Shown: positions 13,701-27,456 of the stretch, piece after piece | Numbering within the stretch: position 1 is the stretch's first letter | How the letters are laid out: every line of letters begins with the position of its first letter | Origin: Lingula anatina | Taxonomy: Eukaryota > Animalia > Brachiopoda | Length of the DNA stretch: 64,000 nt | NCBI GenBank assembly: GCA_051362555.1 | Contig: CM120643.1 | Location: 18,790,848-18,854,847, forward strand | Direction: 5' to 3' | Program-made: the position numbers and the translations under genes | The notes under the pieces: generated by a model | The model's database searches: none | Told to the model about the DNA's origin: nothing | The model's input: only the letters and a program-made list of their open reading frames with translations

Positions 13701-16700
13701 CTGTATTTCTTAACAGAGAGTACTGGAATATTTTACATCTGTAATATATATTTGATATAATTATATTTTATATCTGATTAAATTAAATGGTTAAAGAACT
13801 AAAACAGCAAGATCAGCTTTATACATTTACATCAATACCAAATTTAAGAAATGTAAATTATTATATATAGTGAGCAAATCATAGTATTTCTGATGCTCAT
13901 CAGCTTTTATGCTTAAGGACTTCATAATGTTGATAACCTTAAAATGATTCAGCTAATAACTTTCTATGAACACCCTCAAACATAAATGAAGAACTTACTT
14001 TCATAATAAGTGGGATAACTAAGAAGATAACATGAATCAACTGAGAACCCTGGTCGTACATCACCAAATATCTTTAAAAAAAACAAAAAAAAAAAAAAAC
14101 GGAAATTCATTCTCAGTGACGCCATCAAAATCATGTAAATGTTTGACATTAATCTCACCAAGCTAACTATCCTTTTGTCCTTTCCTAAGGTAATATCCTG
14201 GTTGTTAAAAAAGAAATCTAATCTATAGTCAAATCACGTAAATATAAATTGTCATTAAAGGTAGTAACCACCTTTAGTTACAAAGATTTTTTCCGCACTG
14301 CACCTAATAAAAAGAAATATGGCCAGGAATTTCACTTTACAAAAATGTGCCATCTTAGTGTGGTAAACACATAATACAAAGACTTTTTGTGCTTCAGCTA
14401 ATGAGAAAAATTCCAAAGAATGTTTCTGTTCAAATGTTTTAACAAAAAGAGTGGAAAAATAACATTATATATTATTAATTCAAAAATCAGAACTGCAACT
14501 TTGTGCCTTAAACTTTAATGTCAGTGTTTCATTACCAGAGCATGCATACAAAAAGGCTAAGATAAATTTGATATTTCTTACTCAACAGTTTGTGATTTTC
14601 AATAAAAGTTACAACATGTAATACCTTTTGACTTATATATAAGAAGAGATGCCTATGTGAAAATAGATGCCAAAGCTGTTTATCCTTTGGTTGTATAAAA
14701 TGTGGAATATTACCCCTGCTACAGTTTGGAAATAATAACCATAACGCCTTTACCTTTAAAGCTTTCTTTTCTTTTTTCTAAAAACCACTGCTATAAATGC
14801 CGATTTTGGTGAAAAGTAACACACCTTCGACAAGTAGGTGTTTTCATCTGTGTAAATTAGAAGTTGCAGTTCAACACGTGTACAAAACATTACTAGTAAA
14901 TCTCAGCACACTGAAGTAATATATTTTACTATAGCTGAAGATTTTCACCAAATCAAATTGTGGAATGAAAACAAAGTGGAAAAATGTGGAAAAAAATGGT
15001 ATCATTTGTATCCTTCTTTAGTTTTTATAAATCGTCTTTTAAATTAGAATGAATATTCCTGCCTGGGCCTTCGACTTCTCATACTATATGTTCATATTGC
15101 ATTTTTTTATTTGTGAAACAGGTTTTTATTGGTCTCTTGTGTAAAATTGGTAAAAAATGTGAATTTTTTCTTAAGAGACTAAGTTTTTCACATAATGTGA
15201 TTCAGATACTTTGATTATGGTTTAAACCTCTTGTCTCAAAGGTAAAAACACATTTAGTCTCTTGTAAATGATTTAATTTTTATACAGGAATTCAAACACA
15301 ATTTCTCAATTTTGTACAAAGACAACCTTGGTCAATTGTAATACAGGGACTTGAAGAAACATAGTGTAGTTTTATATTATTGCCATCGTTTCTTAAAAAC
15401 TTAAGAGCCACTGCCTCTGTAGAAGCAGCAATTGAAAACAACATACCAAATTGAATGTGGAAGTTACAAATGAATGTTAGTCATTTATGTCCTGCTGTAT
15501 GTGGTAATACTTTTATTCTTTAACTTTGAAACGTGTGTGTGTGAGACTTGTGTGGCCTAGGGGTGTTACCACAGGACCAAGAGGTCAGGGTCCTAGTAAA
15601 ATGGTACTGCCAGTATTTTAGATACAATATCTTTTCATTTTGTTGGGGGAATGGCTGCTTAAAATGTCAATTTACCAGACTCCCCCAAAAAATTATTGTA
15701 CTGAATTGCATAACATTGTACCATAGAGCGAAACAAGTAATATTCAGTTATACAATGGTCAAGATTCAATGTCAAATGTATGGTTCTGAAGCCCGTAAGT
15801 TCTTATCAGACCCCATATCACTGTGACCACGACCCCCTGCCCCTTACTCACCCCTTGGGTTATGACCCAAGGCCACAGAATCCTGAAACCTATTTCGAAA
15901 TTATGCAACATCCCCTTTGAGCAGTTGTAACAGGCTGACTTAAGGGCAAAAAGCCCATGACTACAGGGTACATGGGATAAAACATCGCCTCCTTTTACCC
16001 TGCCCAAAAGTTACCCAACATAAATAAATACTCAAACAAGATATACTGTTGCAGGTGAAAACTGATTTTGTTTAACAATAGCAATGCCAGCAAAAGTTGG
16101 GCTCCACAAAACTGTGACTTTTGTCTTGCAATTTTCTCCTAACTTAACCAGGCAATCATGTGAAATAATGCATCAATTCAGCTGAGAAAATCATCAGACA
16201 TTTCAATGACTTTCATACAGTAAAACGAGAATTCAGTGAGACAGAAATTAATTCTAACTCCAATACATTAATTTGCATTAATGCCATGCATAACAGTATT
16301 ACCTTGCAAATACATTAAGCAGTTAATATATTTTTTCATAATAATCTAAATTAAACATAAATACAAATCAAAGTAACATAAAAATACTGAATAAAGATAG
16401 ACAAAGTTAAAATAGATGAATGGATGGACGGAGATTGAACAACAAACAGCCAAATATGAGTTCATACCAATTTTCTCAAAATTATCAAGCTTCTTTTATA
16501 TTCACAACTAGGGAAAATTTATCATGCTAGACTTATCCAATACCACATCGTGATAAGAAAATTCTTGATTCTTGTGACCCTTACATTACAAAATGTTTGG
16601 GTCTCATTCCCAAATTTTTTTTCTGACAGATGGAATTCCACAAGAAACATATGGAAGACGGTCAGGTGAGACAGTTAACTACACCTGCAGATGAAGAATC

Positions 16701-16994
16701 ATGGCTAGAAAGCTGTCTTGTATTGTCTGCACGAGCTTCTCTTTCAAAAAAAAAAAAAAAAACATGAAATTTATTACTTCTTATATCATTTTAAGAATAT
16801 CAGAGATTTAAATAGCATCCAAAATAAAGATGAGGCAAAGAGTTGAATATCCAGATGAGAGCCCAGAAGATTAGGAAAATGATATAATTATATCAGTACA
16901 TTATTCGCATAGTAATATATCAGAATATGTGTAACTAATCATTATTAAAGGCATTAAACAAGTCAGTCATCGCCCAAACCCCAAAACCCCTTTC

Positions 16995-17315
16995 CAAGCT
17001 GCCTCCTTTTAACAGGCCTCAAATCATTACCTCATGGATTCTGCTTATGAGAGCAAAAAAAAGCTTATCCATCCAACATTCCACTTGAAAGACCTCCTAT
17101 CAATTCAATTACCTCATGAATACAACTAATTAATATTTAAAAAACTCACAGATCCCCCCCCCCCCCCCCCATAACAGGCTACTATCATTAAAGAAAGCAT
17201 AAGATGTACAAAAGTTAATGAAAACATGAATACCTCACACACCCCCTTCTGACAGGCCTCACATCAATTCCATTACCCCAGGGACACAGCTAATGAAAGT
17301 AAAAACACCTCATCA
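16995..17315. repeat. Degenerate ~80-bp tandem repeat (about 4 units)
   Basis: Recurring acaggcctc...atca...attacctcatg...acagctaatga motifs. Confidence 0.5.
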
Positions 17316-18006
17316 GGCTTCTTCCATTGATACGTCCCAGTGGCCATTGTGTCGGATTTCCCATTCATCCTGGTCATGCCTTTCACTGTGTCACATAAGC
17401 GTGTGTGGCTGGATGCATTAACGCACACACCATCACTCAGGCTGGCAGAGATTTTTCAGGCTGATAGCTGTTGGGAGGATGTGATAAAATCTCCATAGGT
17501 TGTTTCACAATCAACAAGGATAAAGAAGCAGGAATGTGGCCCAACACCTGCGTTGTTGTTTGGCCAGGCAGAGCGTAATTGTGACCTCAGGTGCCTAGTT
17601 GGGAGATGTTCATGTTGAGGATAAGCTGTCCGATTAATGATCATCTTTTTAATCCTACGAAATATTGTGCTTCAAAAGAGGGTGAGAAACTGAGGATTTT
17701 TTGCAGCAGTAATTTAGCCAGTGAGCTTCAATTAATCAAGTAACAGATTTTCCAAGTGTTCCAAGTTCTGGATTTCCACTTTTTTAAAACTTAGAACTTT
17801 TTAAAACTTAGAAACTGGATTTAGGATCCGATAAGATTTTTGTTAACAGTTTAGCTGACGAGGACTAAAATTCAGAATCTTCTTTTTAGAAATTCATGTG
17901 CTGTGGAAACAGATAAGGTAGGCCAACATTTAATATTTTTATCAGTAAAACGTCTCCCAATAGTCCAGAAAATAAATGATTTTTATGATGTTAGTCAAAT
18001 GATCAA

Positions 18007-18031
18007 CACACACACACACACACACACACAC

Positions 18032-18063
<32 letters not shown>
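18007..18063. repeat. (CA)n(GA)n compound microsatellite
   Basis: Seen directly; similar tracts at about 5868, 13310, 34712, 35456, 47662, 52768 and 62464. Confidence 0.9.
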
Positions 18064-18069
<6 letters not shown>

Positions 18070-18950
18070 AAGAAAGAGAGTTGTGCCAAGCAAGTCTGGG
18101 TGAGCCTGCTGCAAGCTCACTGACTCTGTGGTAGAGTAACTCTTATGAAGGTACTTGGAACAGAAGGAACAATATGTCACAGCTAGGATACACGCGTCAA
18201 AACTACACAATAAATCTTCTCAGAAAACACTCCATCTTCATAGGGGTCGCGAGTGATGTAATGGTATTTTCTTGTCTTATTACTGTTCAACAACTTACAT
18301 AAACATTACATGATATTCTGCCATTGAATTCCTTTTTGTACTTGAAAACCATTCAGACAATTGAAGTTTTTCAACATTTTTTACACATTTGTCATAGCTG
18401 GAGCCTTTTCTTATTCAGTCTATACTGGTTGTTTGGTTAGTTTAGAGATTACACAGCTTTAATTTTCATCATGGATACTCCCCTTACCCCCTATAAAATA
18501 ATTTTTTCATAACAGGTTTTCATATTTTTGTTTCTTCTGAATCATGGAAGTATACAGGAATTGTTAACAGTTAGATTCTATTCAATAAATGATGAATTAA
18601 TACCAGTACATTCATACAACAGCGTAATAAAGGTTCTATCATCTACACGAGATCAAAAAGTTCTTCACAAGAGGCTGAAGGAGCTGGTTGAATATCAATG
18701 GGGATAATTGTTACATCTTATCCATATCACTGAAAAATGAAATCTTTTCATCCTTTCATTTCATCATGGTCTAGTAATCATAGTACCTGCATCGTACGTC
18801 AATGACCGACTGGTGATGGCTTCTGAATGAGAACACACTCACCCTGGGTTTCAGAAAACAATGGCAACTCCCTTCTATATCATCAGCATGCATGTTACAC
18901 ACACTGGTTTCTACCTTTGAAACTCATGGCATACATGCTAGCTAGGCTAA

Positions 18951-19257
18951 AGGTACTGTCACACTCGACATAGATAGCAATAACCTATGAGAAAAATTGT
19001 CCACACACAGACAAACGCTATGAGTTCATTAGACTTGAGAGTCTGCAGGCAAACGTTGGTGTACCTTCGAATACAAAGAGGGAGCTAAAATGTTTTGAGC
19101 ATGTTCAAATACAATTTCATATGCTGTGTTTATGTTCGTTCTCATATTCTGGAAAAAAGGGCAATTTCATGTGATTAAAGTTGTGCATATAATTGAATTC
19201 ATATACAATACTCATATGTGCCTCTATACCTCTATACACAAGAGTGTGACAGAACCT
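18951..19257. mobile_element. Old Harbinger-like MITE
   Basis: aggtactgtcacactc / gagtgtgacagaacct inverted ends. Confidence 0.6.
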
Positions 19258-19734
19258 TAGCCAGAGAAACTCTGAATCTATATAAATTTAAAAGATAGCA
19301 ATACAGTAATCAAGCTGGTGTGCACACAGCATGTTTTCTTTAGGTGAAACTTTCATCCAGTTTGAACAAATTTTGAAGAAAAAGACTGCCCATAACCCAG
19401 TTACTTGTAATTAAAAGCACTGAACCAGCGCTTACTTCCATTTAAACTAATTCAGAATTGTGGTTTCACAAAAAGCACCCGCGACCAAAAATGGTTTTAA
19501 GACATTTTTTGTATGCTATGATCCAAGACAAATTAGTTATATTTCACTATATGAAATTACTCATCCTTTTTTAACAAAGAAATGGATTATATTTTAAACT
19601 TACAGCTACTTGATTTTAGTAAAACACTCCAGATTTGTCTTGAATTTCAACAGACCAAAAAATCAGTCCTAAAATTAAGGCAGACTGTTGATCTTTCTTT
19701 CTTTCTTTCTTTTTTTTTTTCTAACACCAAGCCC

Positions 19735-19915
19735 AGGGGCCTGCTTAACAAAAGAACTTATGCCCAAAAAATTGGCCTCAACTGTTTGACCAAAATTTTA
19801 GTCTACTTTGATCTGGCATAAGTAGTTGTCGAATTAAACTAAATATCTTGAATTTATTTTTGGTCTTGAAGTTAAGAAAAAATTTTGAACTTCATCGTTT
19901 TGTGAAACTGGCCTC
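19735..19915. mobile_element. Degenerate MITE
   Basis: ggggcctgcttaacaaaag / ttttgtgaaactggcctc imperfect inverted ends. Confidence 0.45.
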
Positions 19916-20802
19916 AAACTCAAGCACTTCAGTGAAATCAGATTCAGAATTGCTCTTAGCCCCGTATGGACATACTGGTAGACTACGCACACGGAGCACA
20001 TTCAAGTAGAATAATATCATTTTAATGGGGATAAATCACAAGCTTTCTAGACATTATCAATGTGGAGGGATGACATGACTGCCAAGTTCACAGTTCTAGA
20101 CACTATACAATAAATCCAACACTTGAGGAGAAATAAAGGTGCATTCACACATGGAAAAAAGATTGGTTTTCTGTGACATTTCATTTGAAATGGGCAGAAC
20201 AGAAACGCTCTTAATAACTACTTGAGTAAATGCACCCTTTGTGGTTCACAGGCATTCGGCAATAAATCTAGGATATTACACGAGATAGGAAATAGTATAG
20301 TTTTTTATCAGACGCAATGAGGTAACCGTAATTTTTCAGGCATGAATTATTTGTGGTTTGTGGTAAAGGTCTCTAGATTAGAGTTCTTCACATTAGTATC
20401 TTTTCCTATGCTGTGCATGATTTTCATTCATGTGAACACACTGGGTATAGAAAACTTGCTGCAGGTGGACCAAATGTGGCTTACAGTAACTAACTGTATT
20501 GCCTTAATTTCCTAATTGTTTTCATGGCTAGTTTCTTATAAAGTCCACCATCAAAGGAGTCAATGTTTTCATCAGCACTGACTTGTTTGTTTGTTTGTTC
20601 ATGGACAAGATATTTCAAAAAGCTCTTCACAAATTTTCATGAAATCAGGATAAACAGTTATTAAGGATGGAAAGAAGAGATTGCAATAATTATTGCATTG
20701 GCTTGTCCATTTGTTTGAGGACAAGATCTTTCCAAAAATTTTTCACAAATTTTTGAAGAAATTTTCAGGATGAACAGTTACTGAGGAAGGAGAGAAGATA
20801 TT

Positions 20803-21413
20803 AGCGAGTTTTGGCAAGGCCTTCCGTATGACGTGTAACGTATAGTTCAATACGTAATACGTTTTACGTACGAGAGAAAGCTATCAGTGGTTTTGGCAGG
20901 TCTTACTCCGTATGCGTTTTTTTCCACCAAATAAAATGATAAGGGTATAGGCCTATATATATGGATTACACGAACATGGGGCTGCTTATGGATTCTTTTT
21001 AGATAGATGAATAATTAAGATGTTGAATGAAATGTGTTATTTACGTTAATTGATGCCGCAGATCCTCTTGTTTATGAAAAAAAAATCAACTTAAATTGAA
21101 TTTGATACTACTACGGACGACTGATTGACTGGCTGTTTTTCCAGCTGTTTTCACAGAGTATTTCTACCGACAGCGACAGCGTCTAAAAGTGATTCAGTGG
21201 AATATCTTAACACCCTATATATTCCTCTGCAGTATGTTAAACTTGAAAGAAATAAGCGTAAATCTATTAAATTCGATACGTTTCTTACCTACGTGTAATC
21301 ACCGATTCATACGTAGTGCCGTATGACTTATGACTTGTCATTGAGAAAAACTACGCACAAAGTGATGACGTCGCACGTTATACGTCGTACGGAAGGCCTT
21401 GCCAAAACTCTCT
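20803..21413. mobile_element. Non-autonomous DNA element (about 610 bp), CpG-rich, probably recent
   Basis: TIR gagttttggcaaggccttccgta(t/c)gacgt; tatta occurs on both flanks, so the exact TSD length is ambiguous. Confidence 0.85.
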
Positions 21414-22799
21414 ATTACAATTTTTCAACTGAATCTAACTCTCCTCACAAATGTTATTCCCTTCTGTAATTGACTTTTTATTTGGAGGTTTAGAGCTCAT
21501 TTCTGGTTTCTGACAGAGGGACCTTTCACAATGAATTTTAAAGACCTAGAAGGATAATGGGGGGGGGGACTCGTGCTAAATGCAATCAGATGAAAAGACT
21601 GGCACACCTATTGTTTTCAACACAGTATAATCACCAGCGTTTCTGTATTCTACTCAATGCCGCGGGGTATTCGGGGCACAGACCATGATCCCTAGATACT
21701 GCCAATAGATTTTTCGATTTTTAGAATTTAGATTTTTCATGTGAACGGTGCCTAAGAAGTGTAACACTGTTATGACATAAAAGAGCATCAATGGCTTCTT
21801 TCTCCCCAACAAAGTCTGTGGCTTAAATAAAGTAAAATACGATCACAAAGAGAGACAATCTGTATTTTATCATTTAAGGTAATTGTCAAAATCCACAAAT
21901 GATCCCTACTAGTATTCTTAAGTGACCCTAAAGTTCCAGTGACTGTGTCCCACGACCCAGGAAAGGGCAAAAGGACAATAAAACTGAAGATAACTTCCAC
22001 AAAAAAATTTACCCCTAAGAATACAACAGAAACCAAGCATCAGTAGCACCAAGATTTAACTAAACACATAACTTTTTCTCATTTCCTCTCTATCCGCAAA
22101 AACAGCTGCAGGCTTGGCTTGAAACAGCAGCCCCCTAGGGAGAATTCCTTGGAACTACAAGATACAACTAGATCATAAGATAGCAGAAAACATCTTCCCC
22201 TATCGTTCTTGTATCTAGCATTCCTCTGCTACCAGTTTCTACCCTATCTGATGTTTTGAAATCATTTCACAAGATTAAAGGCCAATAAGAATTACGAGAT
22301 GCAATCTACAGTTTAAGAGAAACATCTTTTCTATCTAAATTGCTTCTGTTTGAAGAAATGTATATTTGGAAGTGTAACTCCCCTATGACTAAAGATCAAG
22401 TCTCTTTCACACCATGTCTCATGTTACTATGTTGACACTACAAATTGAATATTTGATAATACTGCAAAATGCAGAGTCTACAGCATGTGGCAAACAATTA
22501 ACTTTTGATAGCTTGCAATCAACAAACATAAGTGTGTGATGAACACAAAATGGCTGGCATGTTGGACAACTTACACAATGGCAACACAGGCCTGGTCCTT
22601 GATGAGTGAATCACACTTTAAAAAAAGCTAGCAGCTCCAGTTTTAACATCAGACCTGCTTTGGGTAATTGTTCTAGGTACATGTAGGTTTCATGGTGAAA
22701 GGTCCTCTATTTTAGAAAAAGACCCCCCCCCCCCCCCCTCCACCTTTGACATCGCGGGCTACTGGCCTGAACCATCTTGGTAGAAAGAACATTACACCC

Positions 22800-23020
22800 C
22801 ATTTCCATAGATTTTTAGATCGATCTATCCCTGTGGGGAGTCTCACTAGATTACTGTCAGCTTGGCCGGCTTAAGCGTCTGTCCCGCCTACTAAAAGCTG
22901 TAAGGGGGTAATTAACTATGGTGCCCACTCGGCTGACTGCAATTTAGCGTGAACCCCCAGGGAGTTAGGTCGATCTAAAACTTAATCTTTAGCTCCATCT
23001 AAATCTCTGGGAAAGCACCC
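22800..23020. mobile_element. Degenerate palindromic MITE
   Basis: ttttagatcgatctatccctgtgggg / cccccagggagttaggtcgatctaaaa. Confidence 0.55.
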
Positions 23021-25948
23021 TTAGATAGAATCAGGTGTAGCCAACAATAGCAATGCATGTGAAAAGTACAACTGAGAAAAGTCTTCAGTCCATTCATAAA
23101 TCAATGCGCTTTTTATTCACCTCAATCTTACTAAGTGAAATGAATTTCTGTAGTTTTGGAAAGATAGGCTGGAGCCTACCATTTTGTTGAGCTTCATCAA
23201 ACAAACAAAAAAAAAAAAAACTCAGTTTGATTTTTATAATCACAAAACAGACTGAAGGCTATTTAAAAAGCTTAGTCTGGTTGAACTACCACCAAAGTTT
23301 CTAAAAGAGGGGGGCAAAAAAGCAATCTTCTAAATAAATACTTAAACCTTCCACCATATTTGAAAGTTGTTTAAGGTCTGTGTGAAATTGCAATTTTTAA
23401 CAAAATCAACCTTTGAAGTCTTAATTACTACGTATGTCTTTGTGAGATGTACGCAGTGAAGAGGATGACTTTTTTCATGTAACAATTTAATCAAGTTCTT
23501 TTTTGGGGAGAAAACATTTAAATCTGATAATGAACTTATAAGCTTTTGCTTTAATGTATCCTCGTGTGTGTTGCAGTGCGTGTGAAGTAAGGGGGAAATG
23601 ATTTCTGCATGTAACATTTTCATCAAGAACAGTATGGAAAAATGGCCCAAAAAGCTTCAGATCTTGAACCTCTATTTGTGTTGAAAATGTGCGAGGGCAG
23701 TTCGTTACATCAAAGGTATATTTTCTGCAAAAGAACTCACTTTATAGTGAAAATTGAGAACCTTGCTCAAACCCACTCTTGCCTTCTAAAGCTTGGAAAC
23801 CCATAGTCCTGGTTATCCAGAAATATATGTAGCCTTTTGGGGACCATATCCTATAAATCAATGTTCTATATTTCAACAACTCAGAGGTTTTATAATTAAT
23901 TATGATTGACTATTAAATTTAAGTTTGTTTTATGAGCAGACTAGTTTGTTTTTTTTTTTTTTAAATAAAAAACTGAACAATTTTTGACAGTATCATGATT
24001 CAGTTCTTTCAAAAATAAATAATTCTGAACTTATAAAAAACATTTAAATTAGTGATTGCACAAAGATTCACTGATAAGAATACAGATTAGATTTTTGATT
24101 AAAAAGAATAAGATGAAGCCAACATTGGGCACTATGTGAAAAGTACAAATGGGAAAAGTATCTAAAACATGATCCAAATTTGTTTCATGGAGTATTTCCT
24201 GCTAATTATTCTCTCTATGCCTTTTAAGTTTGGCAAAAGTTCAGATTTCCCCTCCCTAGAAGGAAATGGCATGTTCCAGAAAAGAAAAGGCTAAAATCCT
24301 CCCCCAGCCCCTTTCAGAAATCCTTACGTATATAATCTCTAAGGTTCTCAAAGTTCAAAGAACAACAGTAGATATCTTGATGTGCACCAATGCCCTCCTT
24401 GAAGATACAGCAATTTAAAACAGTTAGGGTAAAGTTAATGACCATTTTCATATCCAGTGGTACAATTAACTGGACCAGTCCACTTTGAGAGACTGATAAC
24501 TTAATTCCAGGCTATAAGGGAGTCGTGACACCTAACAGAGCACATGCACCCCTGTCTTGCTCCCCCCATTCCCAGCAAAATCCTGAATCCAACAATGATT
24601 TACTTATAGTCCCTCCTAAGGTTTTTTTCCATGGAGATTTGAATATAACTGCCTCCATTTTTTTTCACATTATGGACAAGGGCAAATAAAATGACTTTTA
24701 AAGACATAATGTTGTATCTGTTTTTTTGCATCTACAGATTTATACTGAACGGAGGGAGACAAAATTTTTAATCTGAAAATTAAGATCAACTTTTGGATTT
24801 AAGTTCTTTTGCGAGGCCAATGCAGTACACATTTCAACCCCATGGCTATGAAAATCAATACCGATCATGGTACCATCAAATTTTATTTGTCCAGGCAGTA
24901 AAGGGCATACGTGTTTAACTTCTTTGGGTTCAGTGAACAAACTGAGAAGACTTGACGGATTGCTCGCTGAAGGTTAGCATGCTCATCCCTCCCTGCTTGC
25001 TGTGGGTGATGTCCTACAGCATTTCTTTTTCTCAATTTGTTTGCCTTTTCTCTGTGGTTATCAAAGGGGTGTCGGCCCGCGTGTATATAAACAGTTTATA
25101 CGTACATCCAGGGATAAGAGATTCGATCATGAAAACATGTTTTTCTAGGGCATAAACAAACAAGTTAAAGTGACCCTCTGATTCCTTAACGTATTCGGTA
25201 TTACATAAACCACTGCATGCAAAATACAGCCCTTGTTTACTCTTGGACATGCAACCTTTCTAAACATTAGCACTGAAAAAACTGCCCGCAGTGATGAAAG
25301 AGTATCTTATTTCTTCGCTTTCATTTCCAGCTAAAATATCAGTGCAAGTAAAAACACGATGCCTTTTCACGACTTTGTTGGCGAGGCACTATGGAAAACA
25401 AAGATGAAATTCGACTGTTCTTTCTTATCACCCTTCTACAAAACTAACATTGGCAGATGTACTGACACATAAAATCTAGATGATTTCATAGATGCTTACG
25501 GTTGTGCTTTCATTGCTTTGGCATTGTGTTATGCATTCAAAATTGCCCGACTCTGTTTTCATTGCTTCAGTGATGTTTCAACTATTACAAACTGAAAGCG
25601 TTATTCAGTTTTTCATTTTGACACCCTTCTCCCAATAAAACCAACACCCCCAGCATGTATTGAAATACAAAATCAACTTGAAAATACTTTAAAACAGCTA
25701 TAGTCCTCACAATACTGCAGCAGGAGTTTTAGACTTTAGTTGTGTAAAGACAAGGGCAATTCTAGAATGGAAATCAGTGCCATGATACTATCTTATCAAT
25801 GAGACCCTAGTGTATCTCAAACAACTAAACATATGGACAATTAATCTTGGGTCATCTGACAACATCTATTAGACCAATTTTCAGTCTAAATAGGTCCTTG
25901 TCTTAACACACATTTCCTGAATGCCAAGCTTCCTTTATTTCACTCCCC

Positions 25949-26143
25949 TATAAAAAGAAGTCCAAAATATATCCGATGACTCTGTCAAAAGGGAATTACA
26001 CGGTCACAGTATTGCTGGCTATGGGGAGTCTCCACATTGGGTGGTCCGTTAAGGGACAGATTACAAGGATTTTGTTCTTTTGTGTTATGATATCTGGTCC
26101 TTCCTGAAGGTCGTGGGTCAAAGGTCAAAGATCGTAGGTGAGT
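25949..26143 (+). promoter_or_regulatory. Putative promoter and non-coding first exon of the LRR gene
   Basis: TATAAAAAG at 25949; DR1 element GGGTCA-A-AGGTCA at 26115-26127; strong donor tag|gtgagt at 26138 that could splice to the acceptor at 27450. Confidence 0.4.
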
Positions 26144-27456
26144 CTGGCAGTGTTGGAGGTCTGCGGCCTCTGCGCCAGGTGTCATTTTCTTATGAGATGG
26201 CAGGTGAGGAGGAGTGATGTGTTGTAAGCAGTTTTTAAATGGAGATACTTATCGCTATTCTCTCCCAAGTCATGGTTAAGATTTCACTGAGATCAAAATA
26301 TTAGGTAGGTATAAAGACTGATGTGTTATAACTTATAAGTCATTTTGCAAGGAAGATGAACTTATTTCTGTTCCCAAGACATAGTTCAGATATCATTGAG
26401 ATTATAAAAAAATACTTGGTATCTGAACGCTTTCAGGAACAGCACTTATACCTTAACTGGTTTTGGTGATGGTGAATTCATATTCTATTTATTTATTGTA
26501 AAGATTGGTTTTTAGTCTGTCAATGCAATCAATGGAAATCATGTCCACAAGTTGATCCATGTTTCTATGATTAAAATAATGTAAAATAAGACTAAGGATG
26601 ATAGTATAAGATAAGTCCATAATAAATAATAAAATGAAAATTATTATAATTCAGGGAGGAGATTCTCTTAAACTGCACATTTCAAAAGACTGCAACTTCA
26701 CAAATTATTTTCCGTAAAGCTTATTTGTTCCCTGCTGCTGTTGTTATTCCAAGCCATCCTAAGCTTTAAGTCAACAATTTGTTAAACTTTCAAAAAAAAT
26801 CAAAGGCTTCAGTAACATGATATTTAGAAAATCATCAACTTTTTTCCATTAGTTCAGGGTCTCCTTACCATCTAACAATCTGTGTGATCCGGATTATTTG
26901 TTAAGCTACACAATTTATCTGTTCGGTGTTTTTTTCTTTTTTGTCAAGGTTTCTGATATCATTCATAGGCAACTGGGACACTTCTCTGTATTGCTACGTC
27001 AATTTTTTATTCAATCCTCAAATCATTTCTAAAGCCCTACATTTCATCATTCCTTATTTACTAAATCTGAGTTGTTTTTTTTTTTATCAATCCCTTAGCT
27101 CCTATTTCCAGCATTTTAAAGTGATTGTAACCAATTTGTCTCTGGCTTTGCTTCTGTTTTATTCACTTCACTTTTATTCTAGACTATTTGTAATATCTTA
27201 CGCTAACTCCAGACCTTGAAGTTACATATAAGTTTGCATTTCATACAACATTTTTGACAAACTCTGACGTGAAAGTCAAGGTGGACTTGTAAAAAGCAAA
27301 TTTTTAAATATTTTAACCAATCAACAATATTTTTTTTAATTATTTCATATGCTGTGACCATGTAAACAAAGAAGGACGAAAAAATTAATGTTACAAATTA
27401 ATATATTAAACACTAAGCATCAACAATTAAATTTTCATTTCTATTTTCAGTTATTT

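Noticed and set aside
27388-27456. ORF-track N-terminus of the LRR protein (MLQINIL...)
   Set aside because: AT-rich intron-like sequence ending in a good acceptor at 27450; the signal peptide starts at 27457.
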